A stretch of DNA of 60,956 bases from Thainema sp. (GTDB lineage: Bacteria; Cyanobacteriota; Cyanobacteriia; Phormidesmidales; Phormidesmidaceae), in the NCBI GenBank assembly GCA_052168235.1, contig JBQLZK010000046.1, forward strand, positions 1 to 60,956. Reading direction: 5' to 3'. The notes beneath the pieces were generated by a model. It saw nothing but the letters and a program-made list of their open reading frames with translations. It searched no databases and was not told the origin of the DNA. The position numbers were made by a program, and so were the translations under genes. Below are positions 40,350 to 51,600 of the stretch, one piece after another; within the stretch, counting starts at the first letter, position 1, and each line of letters opens with the position of its first letter.

Positions 40350-41189
40350 TTAAGCCGTCTCTTTCTCTAGCTGGCTCATAATAGCGTCACCAGCTTTGAG
40401 GTTCTCCAGCATATCCTGAGCTTTACCCAACAATCCGCGATAAGCCGTACTACGCGCCGTGCGGCCCTTATACTTACGCTGAATCACTGTTGCAATTCGA
40501 TTCAGGTAGTTCGAGCCGAGAGACGATTCATCAGTGATTTCTTTCAGATACACCAGCCGATCCTCGAAATCCTCTGGCAGCAGCTTGTCCAGCGTAGGAC
40601 CATAGCGATTTGAAACCTGCTGGCTAAATCCTTTGGGTAACTTCAATTCACTCAGCTTCGTCTCAGTCTTTGGTGCAGGTGCTTTAGTTTTTGCTTCAGG
40701 CTTCGATTCAGGCTTCGATTCAACCTTTACCTCTGGCTCCGCTTCAGGCTTTGCCTCTGGTTGGGGTTCCGGATTGGCTTCTGCTTCCGGTTGGGGTTCT
40801 GGCTTAGCCGCTGACTTGGCCGCTGGCTTTGCTGCTGCTGCCCCGTTCTGTTCAGCCTTAGCGGTTTTCTTAGACTTGGATGCAGCCTTTGGCGTGGGTT
40901 CAGCTACCGTGTCAGTGACCTCAACTGGAGTAACGCTGCCGTTGGCGCTAGAGATAGCAACTGTACCACCTTGATGAAGCTTGGCCTTGATATCAGCCGC
41001 CCACCGATCAACCAGTGGATCAACAACATCTGAAGGAACCAGAACAATCCCTTGGAAATTAAACGCTGGAACATCAAGGGTTTTCACCTGCTCTTTGACC
41101 TGTCGTTGTGACATGCCAGTCAAACTAGCAATATCTTTAATCAAATCATCAAGCTGACGAAGAGTTTGGGTTGAAGATGAAGAACTCAT
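40350..41189 (-). CDS. Hypothetical protein with a central K/A- and P/E-rich low-complexity linker
   Basis: Long ORF with AAKP and KPEPQPEA repeats between two globular-looking segments. Confidence 0.7.
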   Translation of the reverse strand: MSSSSSTQTLRQLDDLIKDIASLTGMSQRQVKEQVKTLDVPAFNFQGIVLVPSDVVDPLVDRWAADIKAKLHQGGTVAISSANGSVTPVEVTDTVAEPTPKAASKSKKTAKAEQNGAAAAKPAAKSAAKPEPQPEAEANPEPQPEAKPEAEPEVKVESKPESKPEAKTKAPAPKTETKLSELKLPKGFSQQVSNRYGPTLDKLLPEDFEDRLVYLKEITDESSLGSNYLNRIATVIQRKYKGRTARSTAYRGLLGKAQDMLENLKAGDAIMSQLEKETA

Positions 41190-41553
41190 AGGGACAGACC
41201 GTTAGAAAAAACAACAAAAAACAAAACGAACCATCAGGCTGTGAAATAGCCGTTTGTATAACCGCTTATATCGATTAGTTCAACGAACTGCGAATTTAAG
41301 CGTTCATCAAAATACAGTTGTAAATAGGAAAACAGGAAAATCATCCAGAAAAAGCACTTAAAACATTCAATTAAGATTGCAACTACCATCAGTCTTCGAC
41401 AAAGCTGCCCCAGACTGCCACTATGCTACAGCTATCCACTCGATGCTATCACTGTGAAAGCAGTCAACATCAGCATTAATTACTGCAGATAAAGCAGCCA
41501 TTAACCGCCTATAGGCTCTATCCCTCTGCAAGAAACTAAACTCTACCCGAAGC

Positions 41554-41658
41554 TAAGTACCTGCATATAAGTAAATGCATCTCTACAAACCCGGGGGAGT
41601 GCCCCGGCGGGGCACTCCCCCGGGTTTGTAGATGCGTTTATTTATGCCAACCTACTTA
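41554..41658. mobile_element. MITE-like element, copy 2 of the 13997-14100 family
   Basis: TAAGTAC...CTACAAACCCGGGGGAGTGCCCC-GGC-GGGGCACTCCCCCGGGTTTGTAG...TTTATGCCAACCTACTTA. Confidence 0.78.
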
Positions 41659-42004
41659 ATACGCAGGATTAGAGCCAAGAGCAAGAGCGAAGAGCAAACG
41701 CTTAATCTATTTCGGAGCTCAATCTACCCATTGCTGGAATGAATAGACGAAGGAAATAATCAAACAAGTAACTCTGCTAGAATTTGCTCTGTGAAACTAT
41801 AGCCAAGAAACCATAGTCAACTGATAGCATTGCCGATGTGCGATCGCAGCTAGTAAAGCTTAGCTAAAGTCAATCAGCAGATTAGAGAGAGGATAGCAGA
41901 TGACCTTTCCTAATTAATAGTAAGTTAAATATTACTAAATGAACAGCTCCAAGCTACATTAGACTTTGTTTTCAAATCCTACAGCATGTAAAATCAGGAT
42001 CTGA

Positions 42005-42481
42005 CTAAGAATCAGACGATGGTAACTTGTCAGACGATAGTCGTACAGGTAGCAATGTACCTAAGCTACAGACGGCGGCAAACCCGCCCATACCGATGAC
42101 CAACCAAGGAATTAAACCTGCTAGCGGATCAATTACTTTTGCAGTCGTAGCTGGCTCATCTGCATCATATCGAACAGCGACAACGCGACCGTTACTCCAG
42201 CGATAGGATTCATACCAACCTGTAAACCGAACCGACTGACCATTAGCTTGAAATTCAATCACTGGGGCATAGGTCAATTTATCTTGATTACGAGTCGTAT
42301 CGCGCTCACGACGACTGACGCTATCAACAACAACGCCTTGAGTTTCCCTCATGGTTTCCTGCTCGTACAAGTCCCTACGCTGCGCCCAAGCTGCAACTGC
42401 TATCAGCGTCAGTGCCAGTGCTAGACCAATAATGGCACTGAGCTTTTCTTCAAAAGTAGGTTGATAGCGTTTAAGTTTCAT
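42005..42481 (-). CDS. DUF3592 domain membrane protein
   Basis: TM, TQGVVVD, YAPVIEF, VAVRYD, TM. Confidence 0.8.
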   Translation of the reverse strand: MKLKRYQPTFEEKLSAIIGLALALTLIAVAAWAQRRDLYEQETMRETQGVVVDSVSRRERDTTRNQDKLTYAPVIEFQANGQSVRFTGWYESYRWSNGRVVAVRYDADEPATTAKVIDPLAGLIPWLVIGMGGFAAVCSLGTLLPVRLSSDKLPSSDS

Positions 42482-42652
42482 ACATTTGATTCAGGAATAG
42501 GAATTCAAGCATAGAATCCAGGGATAGTCCTATTCAGACAGTAATTTTTAGACTGTGGCGGCAGCCTTATACTCAAAAAATTTTGACCTTTTGAGGGGCG
42601 ATTGAGTCAAAGACTACAATAGAATTCACAATCACCCTATCTTCTTCGGCGT

Positions 42653-42889
42653 ATGTCTCAACCTGCCACCCTCGGGTCTACTCCCTCTGATGCAGGTGAG
42701 GTACAGTGCCCACCGAGTCATCTATGGAGTGACGAACCACCATTGGAAAGCGATTTTCATCGGGATCAAATTGACTTGCTCATTCGGATTTTGCGATGGT
42801 GGTGGCGCGAGCGCATGGTTTACGTTTGGGCTGCTGGGGTAGAAGGTGCGATCGCAAGTTGGCCTGATTGTCGCCGCTGTCAGTGGTAA
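42653..42889 (+). pseudogene. Truncated Uma2-family endonuclease (N-terminal fragment)
   Basis: PPSHLWSDEPPLESDFHRDQIDLLIRIL.WWWR is the typical Uma2 N-terminus; similarity is lost after about aa 53. Confidence 0.75.
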
Positions 42890-43148
42890 TTCTTCCCGAT
42901 TCAGTGAGTGGTAGTTGAAGCATTAACCGGGGAACTTTAAGCAGAGAATTCAGCTCTTTAGCTTACAGCAATACGCTTAAAGTGCTCTTGCTTATTCTCA
43001 GATCTTGTATCAAAACCCAGAAGAGTTAGTTTGCTACTGCATCGCGGCAGCAAACTAGCGCCTTCGGGTTCTTGCTTGGCAAAGTGCAAGATATGCGAAC
43101 TACATCGTTTACGACTTCATTCACGTTTATTCACCACGTTCATTCACT

Positions 43149-45458
43149 ATGAAACAACTACCGCTTCGGATTGGGATTGCCGTAACTACAGTCATGATGT
43201 CCACGATGGCAGGCGTCAATGCGCTTGCCCTGGAAGAGGTGGAACATCAAAGCACGGTGGACGCAAGCTTAACCGCTCAATCATTGCCGTCCATTGACAG
43301 CCTTTGGCAACAGATTATTCTGGCTCAAGCCGTCGGGAACTACGAGGAGGCGATTACCTTTTTAGATCAGCTTCTGAACCTACAGCCTGAAATGGCAACA
43401 GCCTGGTTTTGGCGAGGCTTAAGTTTTAACCAGCTCGGTCAATATGCAGAGGCAGTAGACTCTTTTGCCCAAGCCGCAGAGGTTAATCCGCTCTACCTAC
43501 AAGCATTCTATGAACAGGGCAATGCGCTCTACAACCTAGAGCGATATGAAGAAGCGGTAGCGGTTTGGCAACAAACACTGGTGTTAGACGCAGATTCAAG
43601 CTATGAGCAAGAGCTGATTCAAACTGTTATTCCTCGACGGATTAGCGATACCCTGCTGTATGAGCTAGAGGAGTATGAAGAAGCCCTGATTGTTTATGAC
43701 CAATTGGTGACGAGTTCATCCTCAGCTTCTCTGCTGGTGAGTCAAGCAACAGCTTTTTACAAGTTAGAACGCTATCGGGATGCTATTACCGCCTGTGATC
43801 GAGCGATTGCCGTCGATGCGACTTATGCAGAGGCGTGGAAACTGAAAGGGTTTGCCCTGCTGCAGCTAGAAGAGTATGAAGAGGCGATCGTTGCATTGAG
43901 CCGGGCATCTGATCTGGAGCCAGATGATATTGAGGTGTCGGGATTATTAGCGCTGCTTCAGACCACTGAAGATGGCGAATTTGCAGTTGAACAAGCTCGA
44001 TTGCTGGCCCTTCAGTCGGAAATTGAAACGACGGAGACTCAACTCGCACAGCTTCGCCTGGAAAACTCAGCCGCACTTGATCAGCAAGAAGCCATTCAAA
44101 TTGACATTGAAGCCGCTCAAGCTCAACTGGTAACCATTCAAACTGAGATTGAAGCGACGGAAGCCGAACTGGCAGCCCTAAGTCTAGAGCGCGAGAGTTT
44201 AACAGCTGAACTGGTTGAAGTGCAGGCAGAACTGACTGCAACTCAGTCCGAAGTTGAGGAGTATCGCGCTGAGCTTGTAGCAGTACAGGCTGAGATTGAA
44301 ACGGCTGAGCAGCGACTGGTGACCCTGCGGAATGAGCAAGAAACGCTGGAGGTGCAGTTAGTCAGTCTACAAACGGAGATTGAAACAGCTCAGTCACAGC
44401 TCGTTGTCATCCGGGCTGACATCGAAGAGTCAGAAGAACGGCTGGCTGAGATCGCGGTAGAAATTGAATCGACAGAAACTGAACTTGTTGCTCTCACGGC
44501 TGAGCAGGAGACTCTTGAAGCTGAATTAGTGTCACTGCGGGCAGAAATCGATGAGTCGCACAGTATTTTGGTCAGCTCTCAAAGTGAAGTTGAGGAAGTT
44601 GAAGCCCGCTTGGTGTCCCTTGAGACCGAATATGAAGAGACAGAGACCAGGTTAGCAGCACTCCGCATCGAGATTGAAACAGCCAACTCGTCGCTGGAAA
44701 CGCTTGAGGCAGAGCGATTAAGTTTAGAAGATGCGATCGCAGTTTTGCGTACTGACATCACCAGCTTGGAAGCCCAACGGGAAACAACTCGGTTAGAAGT
44801 CAGCCAGCTAGAGGAGCGCGAACAACTGGTGGCGGCAGAACTCCGATCTAATCAAATTGCCTACTGCGGACTGCAAGCCCGCCTGAGCGAAATGGAAGTT
44901 GCCATCCGGGAACTCCGAGGCACTCGCTTAGCCTCTGATACGGTGCAGCAGTGTCCTTTCGAGCAAATTCAAGAAGCCTCAAATTCTGACGATGTCTCAG
45001 CTGAACTCGTCTCATACTCGGAATCTGAGGTTGAAGCAACCGATGAGACCAATGAGACCGATGATGAAATCGCGGCAACCAGTGGTGATGTAGTTACTCT
45101 GTCTAATGGGTATCGTGTCACCTTCTTGGATGTGTCTTACAGCAGCACCACCTCCACCTGGAGCTACCGGGTTGAGGAACTGCCAACTGCTCAAGATTTG
45201 AGTAACTGGGTGTTGGAGTTGCCAAGCTGCGCCAGTGTTGTCAGCGCCTCACCCAATGGTGAGATGGTCAACCCTGACCCCAATGCTGGTTTGAACGGCA
45301 TCAAATGGCAGCCAGGCGGTGGATTCGTCGATGGCGTGTTCTCTGTAACGCTGTCAGGTGATGTGACCGAAGGCAACATTGACGTGGCTGTAAAAGGCCC
45401 GGATGTGGCACTTGGTGAATTAACTGGTCCAGTTTGCGGCTTGTTGGGAAATGAGTAG
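43149..45458 (+). CDS. Secreted TPR plus long acidic coiled-coil protein with a C-terminal beta-rich domain
   Basis: Signal peptide, about 6 TPRs, about 310 aa of E/Q-rich heptads, C-terminal Cys-containing beta domain. Confidence 0.8.
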   Translation: MKQLPLRIGIAVTTVMMSTMAGVNALALEEVEHQSTVDASLTAQSLPSIDSLWQQIILAQAVGNYEEAITFLDQLLNLQPEMATAWFWRGLSFNQLGQYAEAVDSFAQAAEVNPLYLQAFYEQGNALYNLERYEEAVAVWQQTLVLDADSSYEQELIQTVIPRRISDTLLYELEEYEEALIVYDQLVTSSSSASLLVSQATAFYKLERYRDAITACDRAIAVDATYAEAWKLKGFALLQLEEYEEAIVALSRASDLEPDDIEVSGLLALLQTTEDGEFAVEQARLLALQSEIETTETQLAQLRLENSAALDQQEAIQIDIEAAQAQLVTIQTEIEATEAELAALSLERESLTAELVEVQAELTATQSEVEEYRAELVAVQAEIETAEQRLVTLRNEQETLEVQLVSLQTEIETAQSQLVVIRADIEESEERLAEIAVEIESTETELVALTAEQETLEAELVSLRAEIDESHSILVSSQSEVEEVEARLVSLETEYEETETRLAALRIEIETANSSLETLEAERLSLEDAIAVLRTDITSLEAQRETTRLEVSQLEEREQLVAAELRSNQIAYCGLQARLSEMEVAIRELRGTRLASDTVQQCPFEQIQEASNSDDVSAELVSYSESEVEATDETNETDDEIAATSGDVVTLSNGYRVTFLDVSYSSTTSTWSYRVEELPTAQDLSNWVLELPSCASVVSASPNGEMVNPDPNAGLNGIKWQPGGGFVDGVFSVTLSGDVTEGNIDVAVKGPDVALGELTGPVCGLLGNE

Positions 45459-45501
45459 CAGCACTTTAATCTGCTAACTTTTACCTGATGAGGTGAGAGC
45501 G

Positions 45502-45644
45502 TTTTTGTGGCGTGGCTTCCCACGTCACAGAAATGTCCGTGTCCTAACAGAGCTGACTACAGCTATAGCGCCACGCGCTTAAGCAAAGCCAATATTATTG
45601 GGAAAGCCGCGCTTTGCGCAGCTTTCCCAATAATATATGTCCTA
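45502..45644. repeat. Two TAGGAC-headed hairpin repeats between convergent genes
   Basis: Hairpins ending in GTCCTAA at 45546 and 45645; the second is homologous to 40269-40320. Confidence 0.65.
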
Positions 45645-45670
45645 ACCGATCGGAGTATTGCCATACAATA

Positions 45671-48600
45671 CTATTCACGAATACCGAGCCAAGCGCTCGC
45701 CTGCTGCGTATCAAGGGGAGGACTATACCAGTAGCCCTGACCAAGTTCACAGCCCAGTTGCTGGAGGATGGCTAGCTCGGCTTCGGTTTCAATGCCTTCT
45801 GCGACCACATCCATATTGAGACTGTGGGCCAGGGTAATAACCATCTGCACGGTTTCCAGCGAGTTTTGATTGAGGCGTTGCACAAAGGAACGATCGATTT
45901 TCAGCGTATCAATGGGAAACTCATGCAGGCGGCTGAGAGATGAGTAGCCAGTACCAAAGTCGTCAATGCAGAGCCGAATACCCAGAGCCTTGAGCTGTTT
46001 TAGGGCTTGGGCTTCTGAGGTAAAGGTTTCGAGAATGCAGCTCTCCGTAATTTCGATTTTCAAATACTCTTGCGGCACCTGGGTCGTCTGCAAAATCTTG
46101 ACTAACCGTTCCATCAGGTTCGACTGCTTGAGCTGGATGGCCGACAGGTTTATGTTAATGGTTAGTGGTTGGGATACCTGTGCTAACCAACGGGTCAGCT
46201 GTTGGCAGGCTGCTTCCATGACCCATTCACCAATCTGACAAATCAGTCCCGTCTCTTCTGCGATCGCAATAAATTCATTGGGCGAGACCAGTCCACGGGT
46301 GGGGTGCTGCCAGCGCACCAGGGCTTCAAAACCGCGAGTTTGTCCGGTGGAGAGGGCCATAATTGGCTGATAGTAAAGACAAAATTCCTGATTTGCGATC
46401 GCACGTCGCAGTTCTCCTTCGATTTGTAAGCGGCGCGTCACCTGTCTTTGCATGGCCGGATCAAACAGCACGCATTGATTGCGGCCTCTGGCTTTTGCCT
46501 GGTACAGCGCCACGTCCGCATCCCGCAGCACATGAGTGGCCTTCTGATACTTCAACAGACTGTAGGTAATGCCGATGCTAGCGGTGGAAAACACTTCGTA
46601 GTCCCGTGTGCGGAAGGCCAGCCCAAACTGATCCTGGATGCGCTGGGCAACCGCTATGGCATCCTGAATCCCCGACAAATCTTCCAGCAAAACGGCAAAC
46701 TCATCGCCGCCAAAGCGGGCAACCACATCGGCAGGGCGCACACAGCTCTGTAGCCGCTGAGCCGCCAGTTTCAGGAACTCATCCCCAATCAGGTGCCCCA
46801 GGCTATCGTTGATATTTTTAAACCGATCGAGGTCAATGAACAGGACGGCATAAAACCGCTCGGGATGGCGATGGTTGACCTGAATTGTGTGATTCAGGAT
46901 CTGCATGAAGCAGGTACGATTGGGCAAGTTGGTCAGAGCGTCGTGCAGGGCATCATGCTGCAGTTTTTGGGTCGCCTGCAGCAGTTGGGACTGGGTTAAC
47001 TGCAATGCTTCCAGCGACTGCTGCAGGTTATCATTGGTGGCCTGTAGGCTCTTGTAGAGATTGGCATTGTCGAAGGAAATCGCTGCCTGAGTGCAGAGAA
47101 TTTTGAGCACGTGGATGCGATCGCAGGTGAACGCCCCAGTAGTCAGGCTATTTTCCAGATAGAGAACCCCCATAAGCTGATTTTTATGGATCAGCGGCAG
47201 TCCCAAAACCGACTTCGGAGCCTGCTGCTGAATGTAGGGATCGGCAGCAAAACGCAGCTCGGCCTGCATATTGTCGATTACCAGCGCTTCCGCCGTGCGC
47301 GATACCCGCTGGATCAGGCTAATGGGCAAGCTGTCACTGGCTTCCAGCAGCGACTTCTGCACCGTACAGGTTTCGCCGTTGATACACTGAGCCACCACCA
47401 CCAGCTGCTCATCCTGCCGCAAGATCAGCGACCCTTTCTCTGCGCCTGCATTCTCCAGCACCAGCTGCATTAAGGTCACAATCAGCTGATCCGGCAGCAG
47501 TTCCTTCGAGATCGCCTGCGAAGCGCGAATGACAGCAGCCAAATCCAGGTGAGCCGTATCCGTGGTGCTGCTGGTGATATCGGCCAAGGCGGATCGCACC
47601 TGCTCAGACGTAGCCAGGGAGGCGGGGGCCAGTATTGCCTGTAGCAATTCAGGATAGAGTCGCTCTAGCTGCTCCACTTTGGCCTTCGCGCCCCAGTGGG
47701 CATAGCAATAGTAGGCTTCATGCATATAGGGCTGAGCCAATTTGGGTCGGTTGCAACTGAGATAGAACCGGGCGGCCAGCTCATTGGCCAGTCCTTTATC
47801 CTGTAGGAATCCATGCCTATCGGCGGTGGCAATCGCCTGATCGTAGGCGTCCATTGCCTCTAGCGTATGACCTTTGATGCGAGCTTTTTCGGCCTCAATT
47901 AGCTGCCAGCGGTGCTGATGGTTGGACGGCGCGAAGTCAGCCCAGTTGCGCAGTTGGATCTCTTGCTGTTCAATCTGTTCCCAGATGGCAGGCTGCTGCT
48001 CTGGCGGCAGATCTGCATAGCGAGCGAGCTGAATCAGCGCTGTGTAGAAGGCAAACAGGGCAATTGGAAACTGGGCCCGACCGCCATCTAAATAAGCATT
48101 GACCTGTTCAGCCTGCTGTGCTGCCTGCTCATACTGGCCAAACCAGTAGTAAAGAACGGTTTGGTTGAAGTGGTAGTGAAACAGCGAAGTGCGATCGCAA
48201 TGTTCCTCGTGGAATCGTACTGAGCTTATCGCGTCATAGACTGACCCGGTCAGCAGCCAGGGCGTATCTCCTTCCCCAACCAGGTTTAGCACCGCCTGCT
48301 GCACAATTTCCAGACACTTCAGCGATACCTGCTTGAACTGCCGCAGGGTTTGACGATAAGCCGCCATTTCCGTCACCAAATCGGCTAGGGGCTGTCCAGC
48401 AAAATAAGCATAGTGGCAATAGGCTTGGGCATTCAGCACCACGCACTCCAAATCGCCCGTCTCCAGACCGCTCTCGTAGGCTTGTACAAAGGCGGACAAG
48501 CTGGTGCGAATCGGGTCTTTCCAGTGGGAGACGAAGTTATGCACCAGGTATCCGGCTCGACTCTCAGCCGTCTTGGCCTGAAGCTGTGCCAGTAGACCGA

Positions 48601-51600
48601 GGGCAAGTTGGCCAAACCCATAGCCCGCCTCAATCTCACCCATGCTGCACAGCGATAATCCGTAGCCCGCGTAGGAAAAAATCGAGATTGGGCAGTTGCC
48701 ATAGCGAATGGAAAATTCCACCTGCTTGGTCATAAGCAGGGGCATTAAGGTCGGCAGCGCTCGATAGGTGGGAGCCGTCAGCTTGGTCATAATCTGCATG
48801 GCCGCTAGCCGTTGGCTGTCGGTCATTGGCGGCAGCGTCAGCAGGCTCAGCGGCTCCCGCCCTGCCCAGAGCTGGTGCGTCTCGGCAAAGGCATGCTGAA
48901 TTTCGGAGCCTGTCGGCAGGTCAGGAAATTCCACCCCCAGCGTTTGCAGCACCTGTCGCCCCGTCTGCACAGCGGCTAAGTAATTGCCCTGCGCTCGATC
49001 CGCCAGCAGCTTCGTTTCGTAAATCGGCACCGTCTCTAGCAGCGTATGGGCTTGTTCTAGAACAATGGCGGCCCACTGTTCCATTTGCTGGAAGTCGGTG
49101 CTGAGGTAAGTGGCCTCGGTGATCTCCTGATGCAGCGCCAGCGTCAGCTCATATTGATGTTCCCAGGGGTCTGCCGCCAGCAGGTCAATGCCCTGGCTGA
49201 GATAGTCAACCGCCGCCCGATAGGCCGTTGCAGCTTTAGCTTTCTGGCCAGCCTGGAGGTTGAGCTGGGCTAGTTCTGAACGCTCAGCCGCATCAGTAAT
49301 CAGCGCTCGGCCCATATTCAAGTGATTAACAATGGCAAATAAATGCCCTTGCCGCTGACTGGGAGACGATTTATGGAGCAGCAGTTGACCGATCGTCAGG
49401 TGGGTCTGCTGTTTCTGATCGGCGGGAATCAGGGAGTAAGCAGCCTGCTGAATCCGGTCGTGCAAAAACTTATAGGTCAAATCCGGGGCGCTCAGCGGCG
49501 GCAAATCCCGGTTCCAGGCTTCGGCTTGATCGCAGTAGAAGGCGTAAATATCACTTTCGGGTAGCACCAAGCCCATTTCTAACGCAGGCCAAAGTGCGAT
49601 CGCAGTTTCGGTTTCAGTTTGCTCGGATACAATCGCCAACGTTGCTAAGTCAAACTGACTGCCAATGCAGGCCGCCAGCTTCAGCATCGTTTGCGTGTGG
49701 GGTGCCAGCTTCTGGAGCTGCTGCGCCATAAATGCCACAACATTCTCGGTCAGTGCCGCTTCCCGCACCCGCACCAGGTCGCATTGCCAGTAGCCTTGAT
49801 TTGGCTCGAAGGTAATGGCCTGATCCTGGTAGAGGGCTTGCAAAAACTGGGTAGCAAAGAAGGGATTGCCCTGGGTCTTTTGGTGAATCAGGGCGGCTAA
49901 CGGCTCGGCCAGCTCCAAGCTACAGGACAGCGTATCGCCAACGAGCTGATTGAGGCTAGTGATCGACAGGGGAGCCAGCTTAATCGTATTGACGGTGGCT
50001 CCGCCTTGCTGCAGATTTTCCAGCTTCAGCATCAGCGGGTGAACGGCAGATACTTCATGATCGCGATATGCGCCAATCAGCAGCAGGTGGTGACAGCGCA
50101 TATCCCCCATCAGCAGATTAATTAGTTCGAGCGAGGCCAAATCCGCCCACTGCAAGTCATCCAAAAAGATCACCAGCGGATGATTCGCCGCCGCAAAGAC
50201 CTGTAGAAACTTTTGAAACACCAGGTTAAAGCGATTTTGGGCGGCATTGCCGGCTAAGGCAACCACGGGCGGTTGGGAACCAATTACCTGCTCCAATTCA
50301 GGAATCACCTCAATGAGTAGCTGACCACTGTGGCCCACGGCTTGCAGGATCTCCCTGCGCCATCGCTGGAGCTGCGGTTCGGATTCGCTGAGTAACTGCC
50401 CCATCAGGTCACGCAGCGCTGCCAAAAAGCCCGAAAACGGGATATTACGGTTGAACTGGTCAAACTTGCCCTGAATGAAGTAGCCGCGCTGCCGCACAAT
50501 CGGCTTCTGCACTTCGTTGACCACCGCTGTCTTGCCAACGCCGGAGTAGCCCGTGACTAGGATCAGCTCAGTATGGGCAGCGGTAGCCAAATCCCCAGCT
50601 TGGCGCGTCGTTGCAGAACGCTCAGCCTGGGCAGACGCGGGTGCAAAGTCGAGACTTTGAGCTGTCGATTGAGCGGCAAATGGTGATGGCGCATTCATCA
50701 CCGACAACTCAACTGGCTGTTCGACCAATGCCTCAGAAGACTCGACCAGCGTTTGCCCACTTTCTGCCACACGGTCAAATGCAGCTAGCAGAGCAGCAAC
50801 TTCCGCTTCCCGCCCGTACAGCTTTTCCGGAATCAAAAAGCGATCGCTAATGTCGCGCTGGCCGAGGGTAAACGGCACAATCGTCCCCATCGTTGCCAGT
50901 TGCGATCGGCAGATCTCCAGGTCATGCTTCAATCCCAATGCGCTTTGGTAGCGATCTTCGGGATTTTTAGCCATCAGCTTATAGACAATGGCGGCCAGAG
51001 CCTCCGGAACCGCTGGATTAAACTGCTGGATTGGCGGCGGCTGTTTGGCCATGTGGCAGTACACCATCTCCATTGCCGTACTGGCGGTAAACGGCAGATG
51101 GCCTGTCAGCAGCTCATAGAGGGTCACGCCCAGAGAATAATAGTCCGTGCGGTAGTCAATCCCCCGATTCATCCGTCCGGTTTGCTCCGGCGACAGATAG
51201 GCCAGCGTGCCTTCCATCCGACCCGCCGTTTTCACCACTGTGGTTTCCCGTGGCAGACGAGAGGCAATGCTGAAATCCGTCAGCTTCACCTGCTGGGTGG
51301 CGGTATGGATCAAAATATTGCTGGGCTTCAGGTCTTTGTGAATAACGCGACTGTGGAATAACCCATTCAGCGCCTCGGTGAGCTGAAGTGCGATCGCAAG
51401 TATCTCGTTCAAGGAAATTGGCTCTGGGTCACTGGTGCGGCGGTGTTCTATCCATTCCTTCAAAGAAACACCGCCGAAATGCTCCATAACCAGCGCATAG
51501 CCGTTGCCATAGGGCAGCAACTGATGGGGTTGAACGACCTCCGGCAGGTTTAATAAGCGGGCGATCACAAACTGATTGCGAAACTGCACTAGGTCGCTGA

